A stretch of DNA of 63,996 nucleotides, filler included. It is 5 parts of 5 records of this genome, joined end to end, with 100 filler letters (N's around TTAATTAATTAA, not from the genome) between each part and the next. Parts side by side here need not be neighbours in the genome. Positions count along the whole stretch, not along the records: positions 1 to 6,729 come from DRR378314_1446; positions 6,830 to 38,797 come from DRR378314_1447; 3 more parts are not named here. The stretch is one strand, 5' to 3'. The position numbers and the translations under genes were made by a program. The notes below the pieces were generated by a model. It ran no database searches and was not told the DNA's origin. It worked only from the letters and a program-made list of their open reading frames with translations. Shown here piece by piece: positions 1-9,900 of this stretch (positions are counted from its first letter, which is position 1; each line of letters begins with the position of its first letter).

Positions 1-3000
1 ACCGCTGGGACGACACTGCTGACGTCGGTGGTCGAGCGTCCGATTGTGTGCCTGGAGCTCGGGTCGACGCTGGTGTGGGACGTTTCGGCGAGCTCGAATG
101 CGAGTGAGCTGCACTACCCGGTGTACGACAAGGACTCGCTGTTCAACACGGTCCCGTCGTTTGACTATTCTGACTTTATTGCACTGCGGCAGCTTATGGA
201 GGGGCCGTCGGCGTCGCGGCCACTGGTGTTTGCGCACAACTTTGCGACGGCGGGCACGTATGCGTTCCGCGACGCCGCGGACGCGACGAAGATTATGCTC
301 GTGTCGGTGCAGACGGCGGGGACGTCTTGCCCTGACGACATTCCGATCCAGCCGATGACGCAGCAGAGTCTCGTCGCTGCAGGCGTGTCGCGGACGTCGG
401 ACATTATCCAGACGCCGGACTGGGTGGTGATTGGGTCGCTGATTGCGGCGGTTGTGTGTCTGATTGCGTTCTCGACGGGCGGCAACTACTACTTCAACAA
501 GCAAAAGTGGAAGCCGCGGCGCGCGCGCCCGCCCGTGTTCCGCAAAGAGGGCCGCGTGGACGAGTTTGACGCGTACGCCACCAAAGGCGACACGGTCATG
601 CGGTACGCGAAGCAACCCGAGCCAGACGCGATCGAGGCGGAGCACTTTGGTGCCGACGCCGACGACGTCGAGGCGGCGAAGCGCGCGGCGGCTGCGACCG
701 CGCTGGCGGCGTCGCCGCGCAGCGGCGGCAATGCTGGTGCGGATCTGCTGACGGCGGACGGCCTCGTGCGCGACGACCTGTTTGAGCTGGAGAACTGGTA
801 CGACCTGGACGGGTTCAACGTGCGTACGCTGTACGAGAAGCTCGAGGGGCAGCAGTACCGCGTGTCGCAGGAGCTTGCGCGTCAAGGCGCGGAACTCAAG
901 GTGTTTTACGACAAGGTCAGCAACGACACCCGGCAGCTCAAGGACATGCTGGCGACGAAGCTTGGCATCCGCGAGGGCACTGCCGTGCGGTCGGTGGACG
1001 CGCGGCACTTTGCGCTGTCGTGCCAGAACGAGGCCGGGCGCGAAATTGCGCGGCGCCGCGAGCTCGCCGGGCGCTGCCTGTTTTTGCTGCGCAAGCAGCG
1101 CGATCTGTACGGCGAAGACGACCGCCTTGTCGACAAGTACGAGGGCGCGCAGCGCGACGTGAAGCGCGACATTGTCGCCGTGCTGGACGAAGTGACGAAC
1201 CTCGTCGCGGCGCAGACGATGTGGAGCGACGACGTGAACAAGCAGCTCAAGGCGCTGGTGACGCGGCTCGATTTCAAGGGCACCGAGGCGGCGAACCTGC
1301 GCGAGCGCGAGTGCGAGCGGCGCGGCGTGTGGGCGTCCCTCGGCGGGTCCGTCGAGTTTGGCGCCGAGCTTGCGGACGCGAGCGGGCGCCGCATTGACCG
1401 CCGCACGCTGCTCGAGTCGGCGGGCCGCGTGCGCGAGATCGAAGGCATTGTCGAGCGCGACGAGCTCAGCGGCCTTTTCCTCCCTGTGGCGGGCACGAAG
1501 CTGATCCTGCCCGACGGGCGCCGCGTCGACGCACCTGCGCACGCGTGCATCCACCCGGTGACCGGACGCGTGGTGCCGATCTGGGGCAACGTTGGCGTCG
1601 AGCCGCTTACCGGCCGCGTGCGCTTTGCCGTCCCCAGTGCAAACGAAGATCTTCCCGAGGACCTCGTGCAGTTTGTGCCGATGCCGCTCGCGGAAACGCC
1701 GCCAGCGGCAACGTTCCTCGAGAACCTGTTTTCGCAGCTCGGCGGCGATTCGTTTGCGACGGCGGGTGAGACGATGGTCGACCCGCACACCGGAATGGAC
1801 GTGCCCGTGCTTGGCGCGACGCTCGACCCGATTACGAAGCGTGTGCGCCCGGTTGGCGGCACGATGCGCGATCCGTTTACGCGCCAGCTTGTGCCGATCC
1901 GTCTCGGCGGCTTCATGGAGGACGCCGAGAGTGGCGAGATTGTGCCCATTACCGGCGTGTCGTTTGATCTGGGAAGCGGGCGCGTTGTGCCGGTCGGCGG
2001 TCTGATGAAAGACGCGCGCAGCGGCGGACGCGTGCCGGTGCTCTGCGGCGACACGATGCTGGACGCGTACGCGGGGCGGCCGTCGCGCGTGAGTGGCACG
2101 GTGATCGACGAGGACTCGGGGCGCATCGTGCCGATTGCCGGCGGGCGGTGCGCGCTTGCGGATGCGCTGCAGCTCGAGGCTGACGAGCGCATGGTGCGTG
2201 TCGTGCAAGACGTGCTGCGTATGACGGACACTGCGCGGCGCTCGATGAAGAACGAGCCCGAGAGCGCGGGCGAGGCGCTGGAAGGGCTTGCGCGCACGCT
2301 GCGCGGGAAGCGCGACCAGCTGAGCCGCGCGATGCGCAACTGCGATCGCTACCGCGACATTGCGCGTCTTGCGCGTTCGAAGCAGACGGATCGCGTGCAG
2401 GCGCTCGAGGCGTCTATGCGCGAGGTTGCCGCCAACGGCGGCGTGCGCGGGTCGTACGCGGACCCGCTGCTCGACGAAGACGTGCCGGTGCTGCTGGGCG
2501 CGCCGATGTACGACGCCGTGTCGCGCACCAAGGTGCCGATTGTCAACGTGGCGCCTGAGCCCGAGCCCGGACACGTCCGCCCGCTCGGCGGCGCCGTCGA
2601 GGACCCGCTCAGCGGGAAGACGGTGGCGATCGAGGTCGGCGGGCGCATGAAGGACGGCGTCACCGGGCATATTGTGCCGATCACTGGCGTCGCTGTCGAT
2701 CCGATTACGGGCGCGGTTCTGCCGGTGTCTACGTACGTTGAGCGGACTTCGGCGCAGCTTGCGCGCCTGTATCCCGAGTTGCAGGGCGTGATCGCGTCCC
2801 TGCTCGGGCTCCCTGGGGCCGCGCGACTGACGCCGGGGCTGCTTGCGAAGCTCTCCGGCGCGGCGGGTGGCGCTGGCGGCGGCGGCGGCGCAGGGGTGCT
2901 CCCGGGAATGCTTGGCGCCGTCGTGCGCGCGGGCGACAGCGCTGCGGCCGCATCGTCGCAAAAAGCGGGAGGAGCGCGCCCTGGCGACGACGACCGTCCG

Positions 3001-6000
3001 CCAGAGTCGCGCGTAGAAATCGAGACGCGGCACCAGTCGGAGCGCGAGGAGCTGGATTCCAAGGTCGAGGAAAAGATTGCGCACGACCTCGAGTCGCTGC
3101 GCTTGCACTACTCGATGAACAAGGAAAAGGTGCTGCAAGAAGAGCGCGACCGGCGCGATGCCGAGGTGCCCGAGGAGGGCGCCGACGAGGACCGCGAGCG
3201 GATTTTGCGCGACTTTGAGCGCAATGCGGAGCGGATCGAGCGCGTGATGGACAGCGAGCGCGAGCGCCAAGAGCGCGCGCTGGAGGAGAAACTGCGCGCG
3301 ATGAAGGCGAAGAAGCTCGCGTCACTCTCGAAGCGGCAGGAGATTGAGCGGCGCGCAAACGACTTGCGCTCCGAGCGCGACAGAACGGTGACGGACATGC
3401 GGCGCAAGTTTGAGAGCGAGAAGAAGCAGCTCGAGAAGGAGATTGAACGCGACAACCAGCGCGAGGTGCAGGGCAAGCTCGGAACGTGGCGCGAGGAGAA
3501 CGCGCGCAAGCTGCAGGAGGAGCAGCGGCGCATGATGCAGGAAATCGAGTCGCACAAGATGGCGGCGTCGAGCAAGAAGCTGATGCTGCAGGAGAACAAG
3601 CACAAGGTCGAGCAGCTGGAGAAGGAGCTGCGCGAGCAGGTCGCGCAGCGCGAGCAGGAGCTGCGCGCCCAGCTCGACGCGTCGAAGCACGCGCGCCTCC
3701 AGCAGGCGGAGCGCAAGTTCCAGGGCGACGTGCGGCGGACCGTGGCAAATCAAGACCGCGAGCTCAAGCGCCTGCGCAAGTCTCTCAAGGAGGGCGATGG
3801 CATTGCGGACGCGATCGATGATCTCCAGCTGATGGCTGGCGCGGGCGACGCGGCCGCTGGCGACGATGAGCTTGGCGCGGTCGTTGCGGAGCGCGAGAAC
3901 GAGGTCAAGCACGTGCATGAGCTGAACCGGCAAGATCTCGCGCAGCGTCACGAGCGCGAACAGGAGTCGCTTGTAGAGCAGACGGAGGGCGAGCTTCGCG
4001 ACGAGCTCCTGGCGCTGGCGGACCAGATTTCCGCCAAGGGTGTGCAGGAGAAGGAGCGCCTCAAGGAGCAGATGCGCGAAGAGCTTGGCGAAGACACGAC
4101 TGCGCGCACCGAGAAGGAAAAGGCGGAGATCATGAGCCGGCACACGGCGGAAATGGAGCAGCTGGAGCGCAAGATGGACGTCGAGCGCCAGCGCCAAGAG
4201 GAAGCGATCAAGGCGCGCATTGCCGCGAAGCGAAAACAGCACATTGAGCAGCAGCGCAAGATCCACGAGAACGAGAACCGCCGCCTGGCGCTCGAGCAGA
4301 AAGAGGAGGTGTCCGCGCTGCGCCGGAGCGTGCAGAAAGAGGCCGAGCAGAAGCAGCTCCTCGCCACTGTGCAGCTTGCCGGCACGCTGCGTGCGGCGCC
4401 CGAGGATCTCGCCGACGCTGTCAAGAAGATTCTGAAGCGTCGTCATGACGAGGAGCTGCGCGAGCTCGCGAGCGCGCACGCGGCCGAAAAGGCGCGCAAG
4501 ATTGCCGAGGCCGTGTCGACCTTGGACCGCGAGCGCGAGGCGGCGGAGCGTGTGCGCAACGAGCGGCACGCGCAGGAGATCGCAGACGCCGGAAACGATC
4601 GCAAAAAGGTGCAGGCGCTGGAGCGGCGCCACGCGCAGGAGATCGAGGCCGACGACCGCAAGTGGTCCGGGCGCGTGGCAACTGCGGAGAAGGACGCCGC
4701 CGCAGCAGCGGATCGCGCGCACGCCAACGCGCGCGCAGAGCTTCGCGAGGCGCATATGAAGGAAATCGCCGAGACGTCGGCGCAGCTGGCGCCGCAGCAC
4801 GAGCTCCTGCGCGAGCAGGGCGAGGCTGCTGCGGATGCGGCGCGCGAGCTCGAGGACTTCCGCAAGCAGCTCGTTGAGGAGAACCGCAAACGCGTGCAGG
4901 CAATCAAGGACGAGAAGCTGCGGTTCGAGGCGGAGCAGCGGCGCCAGCTCGAGGCTGCGCTGCTCGAAGTGGACCAGGAGCTCGACGCCGAGCGCGACCG
5001 CGATCTGGCGGCGTCTGGCGCGAAGATCGACCAGCGTATGGAACAGATGAAGCGCCTGCAGCAGCAGGACCTTGAACGCCGGCAGCAAGAGGAGCTCGAG
5101 GATGCGCCCGAGCACCAGCGCGACGAGGTTCTCGAGGAGCATCGTCGCGAGCTGAAGAACCTCGAGGCGGTTACTGCGTCGGAGCGCGAGCGCCAGCGCC
5201 TGCTGCTGGAAGAGCGGCTGAACAAGCGCCGCGAGCGCCGCCGCCAGAAGCGTCTCGCGGAGATGGAGCGCTCGATGATGGATGAGCTCCATAAGCAGGA
5301 GGAGGAGCAGCAAAAGCTCATCGAGAAGGAGAATCGCCGCATGGCCGAGGAGCTCGACTCGAAGAGCAAGCAGATGTCGGACGCCGTGTCGCGCATGCTG
5401 ACGCTAAAGCGCGTCGCGGCAAAGTGGAAGAGCAAGGCCAACATTGTGTCGGAGCCCACCGACCCCGCCGCGCCGCTCGACTCGGCCGCGGCTGGCATGT
5501 CGGGCGCGTCGCCTGCGGTGGGCGGCGGCGCTGGCGGCACTCCGGGGCTGTCGTCGTCTGCGGTCAGCGGCTACCTGAGCAGTATCCACCAGATGCTCCG
5601 TAAACTCGTTGCGGGCGTGCCTGCCAAGACTGTGTTCTCCTTCATTGACGAGCGCGACGCGCGCTGGCAGACCGAGGGCGAGCTGCAGGTCCTGAATCTC
5701 GAGAACATGAGCGGGAAGAAGCTCGAGGTGTACAAAAAGGCGCAGCATCTCGTCGACGGCGTGTGCCGCAAAGTCCGCGCCGCCACTGTCCAGCTGCTGA
5801 TCGCCTCTGAGCTTCCGCACAATGACTACGCGCGCAACGCGTTCCGGAACTCGTACTTTTACGACGACTCGTCGCGCACGCTGTTTGTCCGCAAGGAGCG
5901 CCTTGCGTCCGTCGAGGAGCTTGTTCTAGTGTGCGTGCACGCCATTGGGCACATCAAGTCCGGCTACATGGCCGACGACACCGATCCTGGCTTCTTGCGC

Positions 6001-6519
6001 GCGTTCTTCGCGGGGATTCGCGCCGTTCTCGGCATGCTACTCGAAGGAGGTTCGCTCGATGCGAGCGGGGTCACCGTCCCGGGCGTAAGCTCGTCGTCGT
6101 CGCGCCGCCCACGCCGGCAGCGCTCCGATGGCTCTGGGAGTGATGGCTCGGGCAGTGAGGGCGACGACGGAGTTGTCATCCACCGCCCTGGTGCCCGCCC
6201 GCGGCGCGCGAGCGAGAACAAGCGCGGCAAGGGCGTATCAAGCCTGCTGCGTGGGCGCGGGAGCAAGACGGTAAGCACGAGCGCCGACGCGTCGGGAGGC
6301 GATAGCATTGCCGATGCCGCCGCGGCACCAGCGGGCAGCTCTCTCTCGGTACCTGATCGCCCGAGCGCGCGCCGCTCGCTGCTGGACTCGGACGATTCGG
6401 ACAGTGACGAGAAGGAGAAAGGCGGGCTCTTTGGCCGCCGACGCCGCAGAAAGGCGGCAAAGAAGACGGTCCGCCAGAGCGAGCTGTGGAAGCAGAGACG
6501 CATTGACGAGACTGCGTAA
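1..6519 (+). CDS. Giant single-pass membrane protein, 5'-truncated. Resembles the C-terminal half of the uncharacterised GCC2/GCC3 (ephrin-receptor-like repeat) giant proteins such as zebrafish si:ch211-286b4.4
   Basis: Frame 1 is open from base 1 to TAA at 6517-6519 with no intron. It contains HYPVYDKDSLFNT..FDY..F, then FAHNF..AGTYAF, a TM helix (~421-495), DLDGFNVRTLYEKLEGQ, about 17 DPxTGxxVP(I/V)xG repeats, a long E/K/R/Q coiled coil (~3000-5430) and a C-terminal NAFRNSYFYD...VHAIGHI block. Family assignment is from recalled motifs. Confidence 0.75.
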   Translation, partial: TAGTTLLTSVVERPIVCLELGSTLVWDVSASSNASELHYPVYDKDSLFNTVPSFDYSDFIALRQLMEGPSASRPLVFAHNFATAGTYAFRDAADATKIMLVSVQTAGTSCPDDIPIQPMTQQSLVAAGVSRTSDIIQTPDWVVIGSLIAAVVCLIAFSTGGNYYFNKQKWKPRRARPPVFRKEGRVDEFDAYATKGDTVMRYAKQPEPDAIEAEHFGADADDVEAAKRAAAATALAASPRSGGNAGADLLTADGLVRDDLFELENWYDLDGFNVRTLYEKLEGQQYRVSQELARQGAELKVFYDKVSNDTRQLKDMLATKLGIREGTAVRSVDARHFALSCQNEAGREIARRRELAGRCLFLLRKQRDLYGEDDRLVDKYEGAQRDVKRDIVAVLDEVTNLVAAQTMWSDDVNKQLKALVTRLDFKGTEAANLRERECERRGVWASLGGSVEFGAELADASGRRIDRRTLLESAGRVREIEGIVERDELSGLFLPVAGTKLILPDGRRVDAPAHACIHPVTGRVVPIWGNVGVEPLTGRVRFAVPSANEDLPEDLVQFVPMPLAETPPAATFLENLFSQLGGDSFATAGETMVDPHTGMDVPVLGATLDPITKRVRPVGGTMRDPFTRQLVPIRLGGFMEDAESGEIVPITGVSFDLGSGRVVPVGGLMKDARSGGRVPVLCGDTMLDAYAGRPSRVSGTVIDEDSGRIVPIAGGRCALADALQLEADERMVRVVQDVLRMTDTARRSMKNEPESAGEALEGLARTLRGKRDQLSRAMRNCDRYRDIARLARSKQTDRVQALEASMREVAANGGVRGSYADPLLDEDVPVLLGAPMYDAVSRTKVPIVNVAPEPEPGHVRPLGGAVEDPLSGKTVAIEVGGRMKDGVTGHIVPITGVAVDPITGAVLPVSTYVERTSAQLARLYPELQGVIASLLGLPGAARLTPGLLAKLSGAAGGAGGGGGAGVLPGMLGAVVRAGDSAAAASSQKAGGARPGDDDRPPESRVEIETRHQSEREELDSKVEEKIAHDLESLRLHYSMNKEKVLQEERDRRDAEVPEEGADEDRERILRDFERNAERIERVMDSERERQERALEEKLRAMKAKKLASLSKRQEIERRANDLRSERDRTVTDMRRKFESEKKQLEKEIERDNQREVQGKLGTWREENARKLQEEQRRMMQEIESHKMAASSKKLMLQENKHKVEQLEKELREQVAQREQELRAQLDASKHARLQQAERKFQGDVRRTVANQDRELKRLRKSLKEGDGIADAIDDLQLMAGAGDAAAGDDELGAVVAERENEVKHVHELNRQDLAQRHEREQESLVEQTEGELRDELLALADQISAKGVQEKERLKEQMREELGEDTTARTEKEKAEIMSRHTAEMEQLERKMDVERQRQEEAIKARIAAKRKQHIEQQRKIHENENRRLALEQKEEVSALRRSVQKEAEQKQLLATVQLAGTLRAAPEDLADAVKKILKRRHDEELRELASAHAAEKARKIAEAVSTLDREREAAERVRNERHAQEIADAGNDRKKVQALERRHAQEIEADDRKWSGRVATAEKDAAAAADRAHANARAELREAHMKEIAETSAQLAPQHELLREQGEAAADAARELEDFRKQLVEENRKRVQAIKDEKLRFEAEQRRQLEAALLEVDQELDAERDRDLAASGAKIDQRMEQMKRLQQQDLERRQQEELEDAPEHQRDEVLEEHRRELKNLEAVTASERERQRLLLEERLNKRRERRRQKRLAEMERSMMDELHKQEEEQQKLIEKENRRMAEELDSKSKQMSDAVSRMLTLKRVAAKWKSKANIVSEPTDPAAPLDSAAAGMSGASPAVGGGAGGTPGLSSSAVSGYLSSIHQMLRKLVAGVPAKTVFSFIDERDARWQTEGELQVLNLENMSGKKLEVYKKAQHLVDGVCRKVRAATVQLLIASELPHNDYARNAFRNSYFYDDSSRTLFVRKERLASVEELVLVCVHAIGHIKSGYMADDTDPGFLRAFFAGIRAVLGMLLEGGSLDASGVTVPGVSSSSSRRPRRQRSDGSGSDGSGSEGDDGVVIHRPGARPRRASENKRGKGVSSLLRGRGSKTVSTSADASGGDSIADAAAAPAGSSLSVPDRPSARRSLLDSDDSDSDEKEKGGLFGRRRRRKAAKKTVRQSELWKQRRIDETA

Positions 6520-6729
6520 ATGCCTTGAGGGGGCGGCGAAACTTTTGTGATGCGCATTCGCTGCTGGCAGAGGAGCTGCTGGGGAGGAAGAAGAATGCGT
6601 GGGTATTGTCGACCGCTTTTCGTTCTCGGCAATCAAGGCAGCAATCGGCTGTGCAAGCTTGCCGCGGGATAATCGCGCGTCGCGAGCTTCCTCTCGCATT
6701 ATGGCGTTTGATTTGATAGTGTGCCTTTT

Positions 6730-6829
6730 NNNNNNNNNNNNNNNNNNNNNNNNNNNNNNNNNNNNNNNNNNNNTTAATTAATTAANNNNNNNNNNNNNNN
6801 NNNNNNNNNNNNNNNNNNNNNNNNNNNNN
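6730..6829. other. Artificial contig spacer (N44-TTAATTAATTAA-N44)
   Basis: Exactly 100 bp. The palindromic core gives stops in all six frames. Four identical copies occur in the window. Confidence 0.98.
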
Positions 6830-6990
6830 CCCCCCCCAAGCCCCCCGGCGGCGGAACTAGGCCACCGCGCTCGCCGTGCTTCGCTCAGAGATGCGAGGCA
6901 GCGCGTGGTACAACCCGCGGCACGCTGTCCGGACGAGCGAGCTCGCCATACAGAAGCAAACATCCAATGCAGATGGCCTATTGTCGTCGC

Positions 6991-9900
6991 CTAATACGTT
7001 GTTCCCTGATACAGTACTTCTTGCTTTGGAGGCATGCGATCAATATCGTAACCGGATAATGCACACATCACATGCGCCTTGCATCGCGTCCGCTCAACCA
7101 GCGGTTCCAGCTCCGCGTTCGGCACGGAACACCGCCGCTGCATCCCACGAGCCGGCCGCAACGCGGCGACACGCAACGGGCCGCCTCGCCCCCGCGCACG
7201 AAAGACAGCTTACGTGTGCTACACACCTTCTAACGCACGCAACGAACAAGCGGACAAACGGTTCATGCGCGACATCACATATACGAAAACCCGGAGGGAG
7301 ATGCGCACGCGTCTCACGCTGGCGTACCTGATAGTGCTGCGGCACGTGATGAAGGCCGTGAACACCTTCGAGGAGGAGCTGGCCCGTCGCGCCTTTCTCA
7401 AACTGCCGTGCCTCATGGCAGCGCACCATCTCCTCGATGTCAAACGCAGCGCGCATGGGAGCGGGCATGTCACGCCGACAGGATCCGCCGTGGTCCGTTG
7501 TGCAAATCACCGTCCACACCTCGCCGTGCTGGTTCTCGCGCTCGTGCACCGCCGCCATGATCTTTCCTACGTGCGCATCGACGCGATCTATGGCCTCGAT
7601 GTACTCCTTTGTGCTTGGTGAGAATCCAAAATTGTGCCCTGCAATATCCACCTCTTCGAAATATGCAACAATCGCCTCGGGGCAATCATCATCCTCCAGC
7701 AGATCCCGGAGACGGCGAGACACTTCCTTGTCGTCGCTCGGTTCGTGCGCCAAAACGTCCGCATCCATGTTCAGCAGCTTCCCGATCCCGTCCCACGCGT
7801 ACACAGCAGCGGTACGGATACTCGGATCAGCATTCTTGAGAACGCGCAGAAACGTAGGAAGCTGCAGCAACGAGCACGAGATTCACAAGGAATGAAGAGC
7901 GAGGCCTCGCGCGATTCGAGCCGGAGCAAGGTACAAAGTAGGACACCAAGACGACGAAACGAGGAACCGGAAAGGCGGCGGAACTGCGACAACGGAAACG
8001 TTGCGCTGGTGAGGGAAGCCGAAACCAACGAGTGCCACAAAGCATCTTCCATCCCTCAGGCCTCGATTGCAACTACTGATCCAACACGCGCCACTGTGTG
8101 TGCCATAGAAACGTCTTGCACAACCAAACAAAACGAATTCGTGCTGTTTTGTGCGCACTTGGCGCTACCAGAGACCGCCGAGCGCAGCACTGGAACTCTC
8201 CTCCCCACGAACCACGCAGGGCAGCGACCGGACACGTACAAGCGCCGCACGATAACAACCCGTAGCGCAGTGCACCATGCGCAGGTTTTCCACAATCGCT
8301 TCAACCACTATCCATGCAGCATGACACAAGCCGCACCTGCTCCAGCGCATTGTTTCTGAAGTTGAACGTATTATCAAAGACACCGTGCGTGCTGCACTTG
8401 ACGCCAGTGAAAATCGATGTCCACGACGGTGCTGAGACGGGGATGTAATCGCATGTCGCATGAAAACTGGCAGATGAAAGAAAAAAAAACAGTAAAGCGG
8501 AAAAGAAGCAGCCAAGAGGACGATACAAAGGTATGAGAACAGTGTAGGAGAACAGAAAATGAATCACGATTTATCAGGCCAGTATTGGCGCGATGCGGTC
8601 CACGGCAGGGAACCCATCGAAAGCGAAAACGATGAAATTGCAGGAACAGCTTTCGCAGTGCAATGTTGCGCGGCAACGACTCCTCACAGAAACACGCTTC
8701 TGCTACTGCTGATCACGGGCAATTCGTACGCAACTCCCTTTTTGTTGTCGCACAGAGCAAACAATGCGCAGAAAAACTGAGTCAACTATCGATATGGGAC
8801 AGATCGAGCACTAGGGCGCTGGTGCGTCGACAAAGAGAAGCGTCGCCGGCCGAACGGCTTCGGACATGTTCTCTCGTAGACGATTCAAATGCTCTTCGAT
8901 TCCGACAATACTTCCCCAAAGTACTACTGGCGCAGAACAAACGCAGACGCAATTCCTGAAAAGCGCCCCATCGTGCTACGAGGAAGCGCACACCGAGTGA
9001 TGCAGCCCCAGATGCTTCCCGAAAAGCTCGGCCATTGCATACGATACCGAAACGTGCCGCCTTGGCGAGAATGGATGCACATAACGAGAAGCATCATGTT
9101 TTGTACCTGTAAGCACCTTCTGTCACAAATTTCTTCAGGTTCGGAGAGCTGGCGAGAAGGAGTGCGTCTGGCCGCATCCCGTCCAGCGCAAGCAGCAACA
9201 CTCTCCGATTTCCGACTTTCCGCTGCCTAGCTGGCGCTATCGTTTCCGATCGGATGGTATCAGCCGGTCCAAATCCTTCCACAGAACCACTTCCAAGCAA
9301 ACTTTCGCCTCTGCATTAAAGTGCGACGTAGAAAAGTCACAGCGGCGGTAGGATCAAGGGGGAGGGAAAGATGTTTTGCCCAACAGCGACAACGCGCGCC
9401 TCCATCGGGGTCGCTTCACGACGTACACGTGAAAAATCAAACCCCGTTACCGAGGGAGGTGCGGCATCTACCGCCTGCAATAATAAAATATCGCAGTATT
9501 CGCTTCCAAGAACCACAGGCACAAAAGGAAAAAAGCACGTCTCGCCACGACGAATGCAGTGCAGTGCAACGCAAACGAACACGGAAGAGCACAACTGTAG
9601 TGGGAAAAATGCCCGCTCTCCCAATACATACGCATAATTCCACGGGCAGGCCTCCGGAACGAAACACAAACCCAGTTGTGAGGCACCATTAGGCTAGAAG
9701 CACAAGACATACTCGATGCATGGGCCCAAAGTTGCCGATCCGCTTCCGCAACGAGCGATGCGAGAACCAAGTCACCAACCCGCGGCGCGTGGGCAGCCAA
9801 TCGCCTTCGCAATGGAACAAAAACCGCACCGGAGCGACATGCGCGAGGGTGTGGCAACATACCCTTCGCCCTGTACAGCAGGCCTCAACATATTCCCAAA

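Noticed and set aside
906-5540. Long antisense ORFs (477, 663 and 365 aa) opposite the giant gene
   Set aside because: These are shadows of GC-rich biased codons. The poly-Leu and poly-Ser runs are the reverse complement of Glu/Gln/Lys-rich coding sequence.
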